From NCBI RefSeq assembly GCF_009914755.1, contig NC_060948.1: DNA of 64,000 bases; one strand, given 5' to 3'. A model generated the notes under the pieces. That model searched no databases and was not told the DNA's origin. It saw nothing but the letters and a program-made list of their open reading frames with translations. This document shows, in pieces, positions 12,161 to 29,805 of the stretch (position 1 is its first letter; every line of letters begins with the position of its first letter). The stretch comes from the human T2T-CHM13v2.0 reference genome, Homo sapiens. The translations under genes and the position numbers were made by a program.

Positions 12161-15100
12161 GAAGGGATTGGAATGGACTCGAATGGAATGGACTGCAATA
12201 GAAAGGATTCGAATGGAATGAAAAAGAATTGAATGGAATAGAACAGAATGGAATCAAATCGAATGAAATGGAATGGAATAGAAAGGAATGGAATGAAATG
12301 GAATGGAAAGGATTCGAATGGAATGCAATCGAATGGAATGGAATCGAACGGAATGGAATAAAATGGAAGAAAACTGGCAAGAAATGGAGTCGAAATGAAT
12401 GGAGTGTTATGGAACGGACTCAAAAGGAATTGAATGTAATAGAATGGAGTGGAGTGGACTCGAATATAATGGACTGCAATGGAATGAAATCACATGGAAT
12501 GGGAACGAATGGAATGGAATGGAAAGGAATGGAATCGAATGGGAAGGAATCGAATGGAAGGGAATGAAATTGAATCAACAGGAATGGAAGGGAATAGAAT
12601 AGACGGTAATGGAATGGACTCGAATAGAATGGACACGAATCCTCAAATTGAATGGACTCGAAAGGAATGGAAACGAAAGGAATGTCATCGAATGGAATTG
12701 AATCGATTGGAATGAAATCGCATAGAGTGGAGTGGAATCAAATGGAATTGAATCGAAAGGAAAGGAAGCGAATGGACTGAAATGAAATGGAATGGAATTG
12801 AATGGAAAGTAATGCAATGGAATAGAATGGAACGAAATATCACGGAATGGAATCAAACTGAATGGAATCAAATCAATGGAATATAATCAAATGGAATGGA
12901 AAGGAATTGAATGCAGTAGATTGGATTGGATGGGATTGGAATGAAATGTACTGGAAAGGACTCGAATTTCATGAAACGGAATGGAATGAATTGGAACGGA
13001 ATGGACTCGAATGGAATGGAATGTCATGGAATGGCATCAAATGGAATGGCATCAAATGGAATGGAATCGAATGCAATGGAATGCTATGGAATGGAATGGA
13101 ATGCATTGGATGGAATGTCCTCTAATGGAATGGATTCGAGTGGAATGGAATCGAATATAATGGAGTCGAATGAAATGGAATTGAAAGGAATGGGATCGAA
13201 TACAATGGAATATACTGGAATGTAATGTAATGAACTCGAATGTAATTGACTGGAATGGAATGTACATGAATGGAATGTAATCGAATGGAAAGTAATCCAA
13301 TGGAATAGAATGTAATGCAATAAAATCGACTCAGATAGAGTAGAATGTAATGGAATGGAGTGCAGTGCAATGGAATGGAATGGAATGGAATGGAATGGAA
13401 TGGAATGGAATGGGATGGAATGGTATGGAATGGATAGTAATGGACTGGAGTGAAATGGACTGGAAAGGAATGGACTCAAATTGAAAGGGCTCGAAAGGAA
13501 TGGAGTCAAATGGAATGGTCTGGAATGGAATGAACACGAATGTAATGCAATCCAATAGAATGGAATCGAATGGCATGGAATATAAAGAAATGGAATCGAA
13601 GAGAATGGAAACAAACGGAATGGAATTGAATGGAATGGAATCGAATGGAATGGGAACGAATGGAGTGAAATTGTATGCAGTAGAAGAGAATAGAATGGAA
13701 TGCAAGCGAAAGGAAAGGAATGGATTGGAATGGAATGGAATTCATTGGAATGGAAGGGAATGTAGTGTAATGGACAGGCCTGGAATAAAGTGGAATGCTA
13801 CGGTCTCGAATGGAATAAAAATGTATGGAATGGAATGCAATGAAACGGAATCGAATGTCATAGAATGTAATGGAATGCAAAAAAATGGACTCCAAAATCA
13901 TTGACTGGAAAGGCTGGGGGTCGAAAGGAATTGACTCCAATGGAATGGAATCGAATGGAATGGAAGTGAATAGAATCGAACTAAATCGAATGGAATGGAA
14001 TTGATAGGAACGGAATGGAAAGGAATGCAATGATTTGGCATGGGATGGAATCGAATGGCATCGAATGGAATGGAATGGAATGCAATGGAATGGAATGTAT
14101 TAGAATGTAATGAACATTAATGGAATGAACTCCAATGGATTCGACTGGAATGGAATGTTCTGGAAGTGAATGCACTCCAATGGAATGGATTCGAAAGGAA
14201 TGGAATCGAACGGAATGGAATCTAATGGACTGAAATTAAATGGAAATGAATCAAATTGAATAGCACGGAATTGAATTGAATGGAATCGAATGCAATGGAA
14301 TCTAATGAAACGGAAAGGAAAGGAATGGAATGGAATGGAATGGGCTGGAATGGAATGGAATCGAAACGAATGGAATGGAATCGAACTGAAGAGACTGGAA
14401 TGGAATGCACTGGAATGGAAGGGAGTGTAATGGAAGGTTCTCGAAAAAATGGAATCGAATGGAATGGAATTGAATGGAACGGAATAGAGTCGAATGGAAT
14501 TGAATGGAATGGAATGGACTAGAGTGAAATGGAATCGAACCAAAAGGAATGGACAGGAATAGAATGGTCTCGAATTGAATGGAATCGTATGGAATGGCAT
14601 CAAACGGAATGGAATGGACAGCCACGGAATGGAATGCACTCGAATGCAATGGAGTCGAAACTAATGGACTGGAATAGAATGGACTCGACTGGTACGGACT
14701 CCAATGGCATGGAATCGAATGGAATGGAATCGAACGGAATGGACTCGAAGTGAAAAGACTGCAATGGAAAGGTCTCGAATGGAATGGAAATTAATGGAAT
14801 GGAATGGAATCGAATGAAATGGGGTCAAATGGATTGGAATCGAATGTCAAGGAATCGAATGTTATGGAATCGCAAGGAATTGATATGAACGGAACGGAAT
14901 GGAATGGAATCCAAAGGAATGGAATAGAATGGGATGGAATCGAATGGAAAGGACTCGAATGGAAATCACTCGAATAGAATGCAATTTAATAAAATAGGAT
15001 CAAATGTAATGGAATGGAATGGAAAGGAATCGAAACGAAAGGAATGGAGACACATGAAATGGAATGGAACAGAGAGCAATGGTATAGAATGGAATGGAAT

Positions 15101-17429
15101 CATCTGGAATGGAATTGAATGGAATGGAATAACATGAAATGGAATGGAATGGAATGGAATGCCCTTGAATTAAATGGACTGGAATGGAATGGACTCGAAC
15201 AGAGTGGAATGGAAAGTGTTGAAATAGAATGGAATGGACTCCTTTGGAATGGTCTAGTATGCAATGCAATCGACTAGCACGGAATCAAAAGGAATGTAAT
15301 CGAATGGATTGGACTGGAATGCAATGGACTCGAATAGATTGGAAACGGAATGCAAAGGAATGGAATGGAATAGTATGGAATGGAATGGAAAGGAATGGAG
15401 TGGAATAGACTAGAGTGGAATGGAATGGACTCGAAAGCAATGGACTGGAATGGAACTTTCTTGAATGGACTGGAATCAAACGGAATGGAATGCAATGCAA
15501 TCAAATGGCATGGAATAAAATAGAATGAAAGAGAATCAAATGGAATTGAATCGAATGGAATCGAATGGATTTGAAAGGAATAGAATGGAATGGAATGGAA
15601 TTGACTCAAATGGAATGGACTAGAATGGAATGGATTCGAATGGAAGGCAAAGGAATGGAATCTATTGGAATGGACTGTAATGGAATGGAATGGAAGGGAT
15701 TGGAATGGACTCGAATGGAATGGACTGCAATAGAAAGCATACGAATGGAATGAAAAACAATTGAATGGAATAGAACAGAATGGAATCAAATCGAATGAAA
15801 TGGAATGGAATAGAAAGGAATGGAAGGAAATGGAATGGAAAGGATTCGAATGGAATGCAATCGAATGGAATGGAATCGAACGCAATGGAATAAAATGGAA
15901 GAAAACTGGCAAGAAATGGAATTGAAATGAATGGAGTGTTACGGAACGGACTCAAAAGGAATTGAATGTAATAGAATGGAGTGGAGTGGACTCGAATATA
16001 ATGGACTGGAATGGAATGAAATCACATGGAATGGGAACGAATGGAATGCAATGGAAAGGAATGGAATCGAATATATCATATATAGAATATATTATACGGT
16101 TAATATACGTATTAAATATAAATTATACATTATATATACTATATATAATATATCTGTTATATATAATACCCATTATACATAATATATATATTATGTCTAT
16201 ATTATATATAGTATAAAACAACATATAATAATATATAATTGTATATATAAAATGTGACATATAATATATATTATATTTTATGACATATGTAATATATATT
16301 ATATATTATGTATAATACGTTGTATGTATAATACCTATATTAATTATATATTATATGACTATGTTATTAATTACATGTCACATATACATATATTATATAT
16401 TTTACATGGAATATACCGGTTACATATAATATATACTATGTTACCTATAATGTATAATTTATTACATGTAATATAATGAATGTCATATATTATATATAAT
16501 TTATAATATTCAATATGTGGAATGTGATATATATAACATATAATATATGATATATGATATACAGTATATGATATATAACATACAATTTATGATACCTAAT
16601 ATATATGGTATACAATATATATTTTATGAAAAGTATTCTATATGTTTTATATTCTGTTATATATAACTATTTGAAATTATATATAACTGTATAATATTTT
16701 ATGTAAATATGTAATATAATATATATAACCATATAATATATTATATATAACTATATATTATGGTATATATACTTTTATAACATAATTTACATAAAATATC
16801 ATAATATAATATATATTATATTATTTCATATTACATAATATATATTACATATCACCAAATATAAGTAACATACATAATATTAAAATATAGTTTATATTAT
16901 GTTATATTAAATATCATATATATCATGTATCATATGTTCTATAATATATGTTATACATTATATAATATGTATGTTGTCTATTATGTGATATATATAACTA
17001 TATATATAATTATATTATTATACATATAACTACATAAACATGTAATTCTATATATTTTCATTTATAATATATAGAATTATATAATCATATATAATTATTT
17101 ATATTCTATAAAAAATTATATCATTATATAAATTATAATATATAAAAATTATATTATGTACTAAAAATATATATATTATATATCATATATGATATAGTAC
17201 CTTTGTTATATATCATATTACATATAAAGGTATATTATGTTATCTATAGTTATATAATTTCATATATAAGATGTATAATATGTATTATATATTATATAAG
17301 TTATGCAATTTATATAGTATATATAAGATGACACAGGATAAATATTTTATACTAAGACATATAAAATATATGAGGTTATATGTTACATATAAGGCATAGC
17401 ACATAAACTGTAATATATATCATATATAA

Positions 17430-17721
17430 TTTTTTTTTAGACAGACTCTTGTCCTGTTGCACAGGGTGGAGTACAATGTCGCCATCTTTGCTCACTGCAA
17501 CATCTGCCTCACGGCTCCAAACGATTGTCCTCCCTCAGCCTCCCAGGTAGCTGGGACTACACCACACTGGGACTACACCATCTGCCACCATGCCTAGCTA
17601 ATTTTTTGGATTTTTAGTAGTGACAGCCTTTCACTGTATTGGCCAGGATGGCCTTGATCTCTTCACCTTGTGATCCCCTTGCCTTGGCCTCCAAATTTGC
17701 TGGGATTACAGGCCTGAGCCA
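17430..17721 (-). mobile_element. 5'-truncated diverged Alu (AluY/Sc-like) in DYZ2 unit
   Basis: Reverse complement of TGGCTCAGGCCTGTAATCCCAGC...GAGATCAAG.CCATCCTGGCC...TACTAAAAATCCAAAAAATTAGC...TTGCAGTGAGC...GTCT(A)n; lacks ~12 nt of the consensus 5' end. Confidence 0.92.
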
Positions 17722-18290
17722 AGATCCATATTTTTTTAAATGAAAAAAAATTTGAAAGGTACTCTGCTTGGTACAATAATCAAATGTATAAACTGAGGAA
17801 TAAATCATAACCATGAAACATACTTATAACTGCATATGGAAAATACAGAGGATAATTTTTTAAATAACATATTTTGAAAGCCTTAACTAGTAATTTGAAG
17901 AGCTGACATTTGAAAGGCCAGTATGAATATACCTTCAAAGCAGCAACACAGGATCCCCATGAGAAAAAGCAAACTCAGGGAAAATAAAACCACAAAGGTT
18001 CAATCTCTTCTGACCTTTGAAAGACACAGCACAGACAGTGGTCCTTAGGACGAAGAGCAGGAGACCCCTAATTCCGTCACCATGGCGATAGGGCATAAAC
18101 ATTGCTGGGTGAGGGCACAATCCACATTGTGAGGTCCAACTGCTGCCAGGAAGACAGGAGTGCTTTTACATAGACCGAAAGGTCATTGAAGGCTCAGAGT
18201 TTTGTTTCAAGAACTGAATCCCAAGCCCACACGTTATTATGCTGCGCTTCTTAAAACAAGTTATGAGATGGGAAAAAGGGCACCCACAAA
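17722..18290. repeat. ~570 bp non-Alu, mixed-composition segment of DYZ2 (HSATI-like); copies at ~20141, 22559, 24968, 27378 and inverted at ~31362, 33775, 36193, 38605, 41003
   Basis: Conserved block between the Alu head and the AT-rich tract in each complete unit. The HSATI name comes from the known tripartite description of DYZ2, not from an alignment I could run. Confidence 0.7.
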
Positions 18291-19848
18291 CATACGTATA
18301 CATTATGTATATAATAATATACAGTATCATATATATAATACATATAACCTATGTATAATATTGTTTTACATCCTGCATCTTATATTATATATATTGTATA
18401 AAATATAATAATTGATAATATATAAGCTTTATATTGATACAATATGACATATAGTATATATTATATTTTATGACATATATAATATATGTTATATATCATA
18501 TATAGAATATATTACACGGTTAATATACGTATTAAATATAAATTATACATTATATATATTATATATAATATATCTGTTATATATAATACTCATTATACAT
18601 AATATATACATTATGTGTATGTTATATATAGTACAAAAAAACATATAATAATATATAATTGTATATATAAAATGTGACATACAATATATATTATATTTTA
18701 TGACATATGTAATATATATTATATATTATATATAATACGTTGTATGTATAATACCTATATTAAATATATATTATATGACTATGTTATTAATTACATGTCA
18801 CATATGTTATATATTATATATTTTACATGGAATATACCGGTTACATATAATATATACTATGTTACCTATAATGTATAATTTATTACATGTAATATAATGA
18901 GTGTCATATATTATATATAATTTATAATATTCAATATGTGGAATGTGATATATATAACATATAATATATGATATATGATATACACTATATGATATATGAC
19001 ATACAATTTATGATACCTTATATATATGGTATACAATATATATTTTATGATATGTATTCTATATGTTTTATATTCTGTTATATATAACTAGTTGAAATTA
19101 TATATAACTGTATAATATTTTATGTAAATATGTAATATAATATATAACCATATAATATATTATATATAACTATATATTATGTTATATAAACTTTTATAAC
19201 ATAATTTACATAAAATATCATAATATAATATATATTATATTATTTCATATTACATAATATATATTACATAACACCCAATATAAGTAACATACATAATATT
19301 AAAATATAGATTATATTATGTTATATTAAATATCATATATATCATGTATCATATGTTCTATAATATATATTATACATTATATAATATGTATGATGTCTAT
19401 TATGTGATATATATAACTATATATATAATTATATTATTATACATATAACTACATAAACATGTAATTCTCTATATTTTCATTTATAATATATAGAATTATA
19501 TAATCATATATAATTATTTATATTCTATAAAAAATTATATCATTATATAAATTATAATATATAAAAATTATAATATGTACTAAAAATATATATATTATAT
19601 ATCATATATGATATAGTACCTTTGTTATATATCATATTACATATAAAGTTATATTATGTTATCTATAATTATATAATTTCATATATAAGATATATAATAT
19701 GTATTATATATTATATATGTTATGTAATTTATATAGTATATATAAGATGACACAGGATAAATATTTTATACTAAGACATATAAAATATATGAGGTTATAT
19801 GTTGCATATAAGGCATAGCAGATAACATGTAACATATATCATATATAA
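18290..19848. repeat. AT-rich low-complexity tract of DYZ2 (representative copy, ~1.55 kb)
   Basis: Degenerate TA/TATAA-type sequence with very few G/C bases, conserved nearly base-for-base between units. Confidence 0.9.
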
Positions 19849-20140
<292 letters not shown>

Positions 20141-22266
20141 AGATCCATATTTTTTAAATGAAAAAAAATTTCAAAGGTACTCTGCTTGGTACAATAATCA
20201 AATGTATAAACTGAGGAATAAAACATAACCATGAAACATACTTATAACTGCATATGGAAAATACAGAGGATAATTTTTTAAATAACATATTTTGAAAGCC
20301 TTAACTAGTAATTTGAAGAGCTGGCATTTGAAAGGCCAGTATGAATATACCTTCAAAGCAGCAACACAGGTTCCCCATGAGAAAAAGCAAACTCAGGGAA
20401 AATGAAACCACAAAGGTTCAATCTCTTCTGACCTTTGAAAGACTCAGCACAGACAGTGGTCCTTAGGACGAAGAGCAGGAGACCCCTAATTCCGTCACCA
20501 TGGCGATAGGGCATAAACATTGCTGGGTGAGGGCACAATCCACATTGTGAGGTCCAACTGCTGCCAGGAAGACAGGAGTGCTTTTACATAGACCGAAAGG
20601 TCATTGAAGTCTCAGAGTTTTGTTTCAAGAACTGGATCCCAAGCCCACACGTTATTATGCTGCGCTTCTTAATACAAGTTATGAGATGGGAAAAAGGGCA
20701 CCCACAAACATACGTATACATTATGTATATAATAATATAAAGTATCATATATATAATACATATAACCTACGTATAATATTGTTTTACATCCTGCATCTTA
20801 TATTATATATATTGTATAAAATATAATAATTGATAATATATAAGTTTTATATGGATACAATATGTCATATAGTATATATTATATTTTATGACATATATAA
20901 TAGATGTTATATATCATATATAGAATATATTATACGGTTAATATACGTATTAAATATAAATTATACATTATATATATTATATATAATATATCTGTTATAT
21001 ATAATACCCATTATACATAATATATATATTATGTCTATGTTATATATAGTATAAAACAACATATAATAATATATAATTGTATATATAAAATGTGACATAT
21101 AATATACATTATATTTTATGACATATGTAATATATATTATATATTATATATAATACGTTGCATGTATAATACCTATATTAAATATATATTATATGACTAT
21201 GTTACTAATTACATGTCACATATGTTATATATTATATATTTTACATGGAATATACCGGTTACATATAATATATACTATGTTACCTATAATGTATAATTTA
21301 TTACATGTAATATAATGAGTGTCATATATTATATATAATTTATAATATTCAATATTTGGAATGTGATATATATAACATATAATATATGATATATGATATA
21401 CAGTATATGATATATAACATACAATATATGATACCTAATATATATGGAATACAATATATATTTTATGATATGTATTCTATATGTTTTATATTCTGTTATA
21501 TATAACTATTTGAAATTATATATAACTGTATAATATTTTATGTAAATATGTAATATAATATATATAACCATATAATATATTATATATAACTATATATTAT
21601 GTTATATATACTTTTATAACATAATTTACATAAAATATCATAATATAATATATATTATATTATTTCATATATATAATATATATTACATATCACCCAATAT
21701 AAGTAACATACATAACATTAAAATATAGATTATATTATGTTATATTAAATATCATATATATCATGTATCATATGTTCTATAATATATATTATACATTATA
21801 TAATATGTATGTTGTCTATGATGTGATATATATAACTATATATATAATTATATTATTATACATATAACTACATAAACATGTAATTCTATATATTTTCATT
21901 TATAATATATAGAATTATATAATCATATATAATTATTTATATTCTATAAAAAGTTATATCATTATATAATTTAATATATATAAAATTATAATATGTAATA
22001 AAAATATATATATTATATATCATATATGATATAGTTCCTTTGTTATATATCATATTACATATAAATATATATTATGTTATCTATAATTATATAATTTCAT
22101 ATATAAGATGTATAATATGTATTATATATTATATATGTTATGTAATTTATATAGTATATATAAGGTGACACAGGATAAATATTTTATACTAAGACATATA
22201 AAATATATGAGGTTATATGTTGCATATAAGGCATAGCACTTAACATGTAACATATATCATATATAA

Positions 22267-22558
<292 letters not shown>

Positions 22559-24675
22559 AGATCCATATTTTTTAAATGAAAAAAAATTTCAAAGGGACTC
22601 TGCTTGGTACAATAATCAAATGTATAAACTGAGGAATAAAACATAACCATGAAACATACTTATAACTGCATATGGAAAATACAGAGGATAATTTTTTAAA
22701 TAACATATTTTGAAAGCCTTAACTAGTAATTTGAAGAGCTGGCATTTGAAAGGCCAGTATGAATATACCTTCAAAGCAGCAACACAGGATCCCCATGAGA
22801 AAGCGCAAACTCAGGGAAAATAAAACCACAAGGGTTCAATCTCTTCTGACCTTTGAAAGACACAGCACAGACAGTGGTCCTTAGGACGAAGAGCAGGAGA
22901 CCCCTAATTCCATCACCATGGCGATAGGGCATAAACATTGCTGGGTGAGGACACAATCCACATTGTGAGGTCCAACTGCTGCCAGGAAGACAGGAGTGCT
23001 TTTACATAGACCGAAAGGTCATTGAAGGCTCAGAGTTTTGTTTCAAGAACTGAATCCCAAGCCCACACGTTATTATGCTGCGCTTCTTAAAACAAGTTAT
23101 GAGATGGGAAAAAGGGCACCCACAAACATACGTATACATTATGTATAGAATAATATACAGTATCATATATAATACATATAACCTATGTATAATATTGTTT
23201 TACATCCTGCATCTTATATTATATATATTGTATAAAATATAATTGATAATATATAAGTTTTATATTGATACAATATGACATATAGTATATATTATATTTT
23301 ATGACATATATAATATATGTTATATATCATATATAGAATATATTATACGGTTAATATACGTATTAAATATAAATTATACATTATATATATTATATATAAT
23401 ATATCTGTTATATATAATACCCATTATACCTAATATATATATTATGTCTATGTTATATATAGTATAAAACAACATATAATAATATATAATTGTATATACA
23501 AAATGTGACATATAATATATATTATATTTTATGACATATGTAATATATATTATATATTATATATAATACGTTGTATGTATAATACCTATATTAAATATAT
23601 ATTATATGACTATGTTATTAATTACATGTCACATATGTTATATATTATATATTTTACATGGAATATACCGGTTACATATAATATATACTTTGTTATATAT
23701 AATGTATAATTTATTACATGTAATATAATGTGTCATATATTATATATAATTTATAATATTCAATATGTGGAATGTGATATATATAACATATAATATATGA
23801 TATATGATATACAGTATATGATATATAACATACAATTTATGATACCTAATATATACGGTATACAATATATATTTTATGATATGTATTCTGTATGTTTTAT
23901 ATTCTGTTATATATAACTATTTGAAATTATATATAACTCTATAATATTTTATATAAATGTGTAATATAATATATAACCATATAATATATTATATATAACT
24001 ATATATTATGTTATATATACTTTTATAACATAATTTACATAAAATATCATAATATAATATATATTATATTATTTCATATTACATAATATCTATTACATAT
24101 CACCCAATATAAGTAACATACATAACATTAAAATATAGATTATATTATGTTATATTAAATATCATATATATCATGTATCATATGTTCTATAATATATATT
24201 ATACATTATATAATATGTATGTTGTCTATTTTGTGATATATATAACTATATATATAATTATATTATTATACATATAACTACATAAACATGTAATTCTATA
24301 TATTTTCACTTATAATATATAGAATTATATATCATATATAATTATTTATATTCTATAAAAAATTATATCATTATATAAATTATAATATATAAAAATTATA
24401 ATATGTACAAAAATATATATATTATATATCATATATGATATAGTGCCTTTCTTATATATCATATTACATATAAATGTATATTATGTTATCTATAACTATA
24501 TAATTTCATATATAAGATGTATATTATGTATTATATATTATATAGGTTAAGTAATTTATATAGTATATATAAGGTGACACAGGATAAATATTTTATACTA
24601 TGACATATAAAATATGTGAGGTTATATGTTACATATAATGCATAGCACATAACATGTAATATATATCATATATAA

Positions 24676-24967
24676 TTTTTTTTTAGACAGAGTCTTGTCC
24701 TGTTGCACAGGGTGGAGTACAATGGCGTCATCTTTCCTCACTGCAACATCTGCCTCACAGGTCCAAGCGATTGTCCTCCCTCAGCCTCCCAGGTAGCTGG
24801 GACTACACCACACTGGGACTACACCAGCTGCCACCAAGCCTAGCTAATTTTTTGGATTTTTAGTAGTGACAGCCTTTCACTGTATTGGCCAGGATGCTCT
24901 TGATCTCTTGACCTTGTGATCCTCTTGCCTTGGCCTCCAAATTTGCTGGGATTACAGGCCTGATCAA
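24676..24967 (-). mobile_element. 5'-truncated Alu in DYZ2 unit
   Basis: Same Alu sequence, next unit. Confidence 0.92.
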
Positions 24968-27063
24968 AGATCCATATTTTTTAAATGAAAAAAAATTTCA
25001 AAGGTACTCTGCTTGGTACAATAATCAAATGTATAAACTGAGGAATAAAACATAACCATGAAACATACTTATAACTGCATATGGAAAATACAGAGGATAA
25101 TTTTTTAAATAACATATTTTGAAAGCCTTAACTAGTAATTTGAAGAGTTGGCATTTGAAAGGCCAGTATGAATATACCTTCAAAGCAGCAACACAGGTTC
25201 CCCATGAGAAAAAGCAAACTCAGGGAAAATAAAACCACAAACGTTCAATCTCTTCTGACCTTTGAAAGACACAGCACAGACAGTGGTCCTTAGGACGAAG
25301 AGCAGGAGACCCCTAATTCCGTCACCATGGCGATAGGGCATAAACATTGCTGGGTGAGGGCACAATCCACATTGTGAGGTCCAACTGCTGCCAGGAAGAC
25401 AGGAGTGCTTTTACATAGACCGAAATGTCATTGAAGGCTCAGAGTTTTGTTTCAAGAACTGAATCCCAAGCCCACACGTTATTATGCTGCGCTTCTTAAA
25501 ACAAGTTATGAGATGGGAAAAAGGGCACCCACAAACATAGGTATACATTATGTATATAATAATATACAGTATCATATATATAATACATATAACCTATGTA
25601 TAATATTGTTTTACATCCTGCATCTTATATTATATATGTTGTATAAAATATAATATTTGATAATATATAAGTTTTATATTGATACAATATGTCATATAGT
25701 ATATATTTTATTTTATGACATATATAATATATGTTATATATCATATATAGAATATATTATACGGTTAATATACGTATTAAATATAAATTATACATTATAT
25801 ATATTATATATTATATATCTGTTATATATAATACCCATTATACATAATATATATATTATGTCTATGTTATACATAGTATAAAACAACATACAGTAATATA
25901 TAATTGTATATATAAAATGTGACATATAATATATATTATATTTTATGACATATGTAATATATATTATATATTATATATAATACGTTGTATGTATAATACC
26001 TATATTAAATATATATTATATGACTATGTTGTTAATTACATGTCACATATGTTATATATTATATATTTTACATGGAATATACCGGTTACATATAATATAC
26101 ACTATGTTACCTATAATGTATAATTTATTACATGTAATATAATGAATGTCATATATTATATATAATTTATAATATTCAATATGTGGAATGTGATATATAT
26201 AACATATAATATATGATATACAGTATATGATATATAACATACAATTTATGATACCTTATATATACGGTATACAATATATATTTTACGATATGTATTCTAT
26301 ATGCTTTATATTCTGTTATATATAACTATTTAAAATTATATATAACTCTATAACATTTTATGTAAATATGTAATATAATATACATAACCATATAATATAT
26401 TATATGTAACTATATATTATGTTATATATACTTTTATAACAATTTACATAAAATATCATAATATAATATATATTATATTATTTCATATTACATAATATAT
26501 ATTACATATCACCCAATATAAGTAACACACACAATATTAAAATATAGATTATATTATGTTATATTAAATATCATATATATCATGTAACATATGTTCTATA
26601 ATATATACTATACATTATATAATATGTATGTTGTCTATTATGTGATATATATAACTATATATATAATTATATTATTATACATATAACTACATAAACATGT
26701 AATTCTATATATTTTCATTTATAATATCTAGAATTATATAATCATATATAATTATTTATATTCTATAAAAAATTATATCATTATATAAATTATAATATAT
26801 AAAAATTATAATATGTACTACAAATATATATATTATATATCATATATGATATAGTACCTTTGTTATATATCATATTACATATAAATGTGTATTATGTTAT
26901 CTATAATTATATATTTTCATATATAATATGTATAAAATGTATTATATATTTTGTATGTTATGTAATATATATAGTATATATAAGATGACACAGGTTAAAT
27001 ATTATATACTATGACATATAAAATATATGAGGTTATATGTTACATATAAGGCACAGCACATAA

Positions 27064-27377
<314 letters not shown>

Positions 27378-29500
27378 AGATCCATATTTTTTAAATGAAA
27401 AAAAATTTCAAAGGTACTCTGCTTGGTACAATAATCAAATGTATAAACTGAGGAATAAAACATAACCATGAAACATACTTATAACTGCATATGGAAAATA
27501 CAGAGGATAATTTTTTAAATAACATATTTTGAAAGCCTTAACTAGTAATTTGAAGAGTTGGCATTTGAAAGGCCAGTATGAATATACCTTCAAAGCAGCA
27601 ACACAGGTTCCCCATGAGAAAAAGCAAACTCAGGGAAAATGAAACCACAAAGGTTCAATCTCTTCTGACCTTTGAAAGACACAGCACAGACAGTGGTCCT
27701 TAGGACGAAGAGCAGGAGACCCCTAATTCCGTCACCATGGCGATAGGGCATAAACATTGCTGGGTGAGGGCACAATCCACATTGTGAGGTCTAACTGCTG
27801 CCAGGAAGACAGGAGTGATTTTACATAGACCGAAAGGTCATTGAAGGCTCAGAGTTTTGTTTCAAGAACTGAATCCCAAGCCCACACGTTATTATGCTGC
27901 GCTTCTTAAAACAAGTTATGAGATGGGAAAAAGGGCACCCACAAACATACGTATACATTATGTATATAATAATATACAGTATCATATATATAATATATAT
28001 AACCTATGTATAATATTGTTTTACATCCTGCATCTTATATTATATATATTGTATAAAATATAATAATTGATAATATATAAGTTTATATTTATACAAGATG
28101 ACATATAGTATATATTATAATTTATGACATATATAATATATGTTATATATCATATATAGAATATATTATACGGTTAATATACGTATTAAATATGTTATAC
28201 ATTATATATATTATATATAATATATCTGTTATATATAATACCCATTATACATAATATATATATTATGTCTATGTTATATATAGTATAAAACAACATATAA
28301 TAATATATAATTGTATATATAAAATGTGACATATAATATATATTTTATTTTATGACATATGTAATATATATTATATATTATATATAATACGTTGTAAGTA
28401 TAATACCTATATTAAATATATATTATATGACTATGTTATTAATTACATGTCACATATGTTATATATTATATACTTTACATAGAATATACCGGTTACATAC
28501 AATATATACTATGTTACCTATAATGTATAATTTATTACATGTAATATAAAGAATGTCATATATTATATATAATTTATAATATATAATATGTGGAATGTGA
28601 TATATATAACATATAATATATGATATATGATATACAGTTTATGATATATAACATACAATATATGATACATAATATATGTGGTATACAATATATATTTTAT
28701 GATATGTATTCTATATGTTTTATATTCTGTTATATATAACTATTTGAAATTATATATAACTGTATAATATTTTATGTAAATATGTAATATAATATATAAC
28801 TATATAATATATTATATATAACTATATATTATGTTATATATACTTTTATAACATAATTTACATAAAATATCATAATATAATATATATTATATTATTTCAT
28901 ATTACATAATATATATTACATATCACCCAATATAAGTAACATACATAATTTTATAATATAGATTATATTATGTTATATTAAATATCATATATATCATGTA
29001 TCATATATTCCATAATATATATTATACATTATATAATATGTATGTTCTCTTCTATGTGATATATATAACTACATATATAATTATATTATTATACATATAA
29101 CTACATAAACATGTAATTCTATATATTTACATTTATAATATATACAATTATATAATCATATATAATTATTTATATTCTATAAAAAATTATATCATTATAT
29201 AAATTATAATATATAAAAATTATAATATGTATTAAAAATATATATATTATATATCATATATGATATAGTACCTTTGTTATATATCATATTACATATAAAT
29301 GTGTATTATGTTATCTATAATTATATAATTTCATATATAAGGTGTATAATATGTATTATATATTATATATGTTATGTAATATATATAGTATATATAAGAT
29401 GACACAGGATAAATATTATATACTATGACATATAAAATATATGAGGTTATATGTTACATATAAGGCATAGCACATAACATGTAATATATATCATATATAA

Positions 29501-29770
<270 letters not shown>

Positions 29771-29773
<3 letters not shown>

Positions 29774-29805
29774 TACAACAGGACAAGACTCTGTCAAAAA
29801 AAAAA
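29771..29805 (+). mobile_element. Alu 3'-end remnant plus poly-A at the inversion junction
   Basis: atgtacaacaggacaagactctgtc(A)10 matches the ctgtgcaacaggacaagactctgtct(A)n end of the downstream plus-strand Alus. Confidence 0.88.

Larger units (their letters stand above)
1..16072 (+). repeat. DYZ1: DYZ1 / human satellite 3 (HSat3) array, (GGAAT)n-derived, ~3.5 kb higher-order unit
   Basis: Continuous diverged GGAAT pentamers. Unique landmarks recur at ~3.5 kb: HaeIII GGCC at 1640, 5184, 8698 and 13777, each with an EcoRI GAATTC about 40 bp upstream; near-identical ORF-track entries at 437/3971/7465/12575. Unit size and adjacency to the 2.4 kb Alu-containing repeat match the known DYZ1/DYZ2 organisation of Yq12. 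Confidence 0.96.

Noticed and set aside
91-16070. Many overlapping ORFs rich in MEWNG / FHSIP
   Set aside because: These are the translations of (GGAAT)n and (ATTCC)n, which contain no stop codon when pure. They occur in all frames and recur with the satellite period.
17935-18120. 61-aa ORF (MCPHPAMFMPY...) open in all ten complete DYZ2 units
   Set aside because: It has a non-ATG start and no recognisable domain, and many differences between copies change amino acids. Persistence is explained by the high identity of the tandem units.
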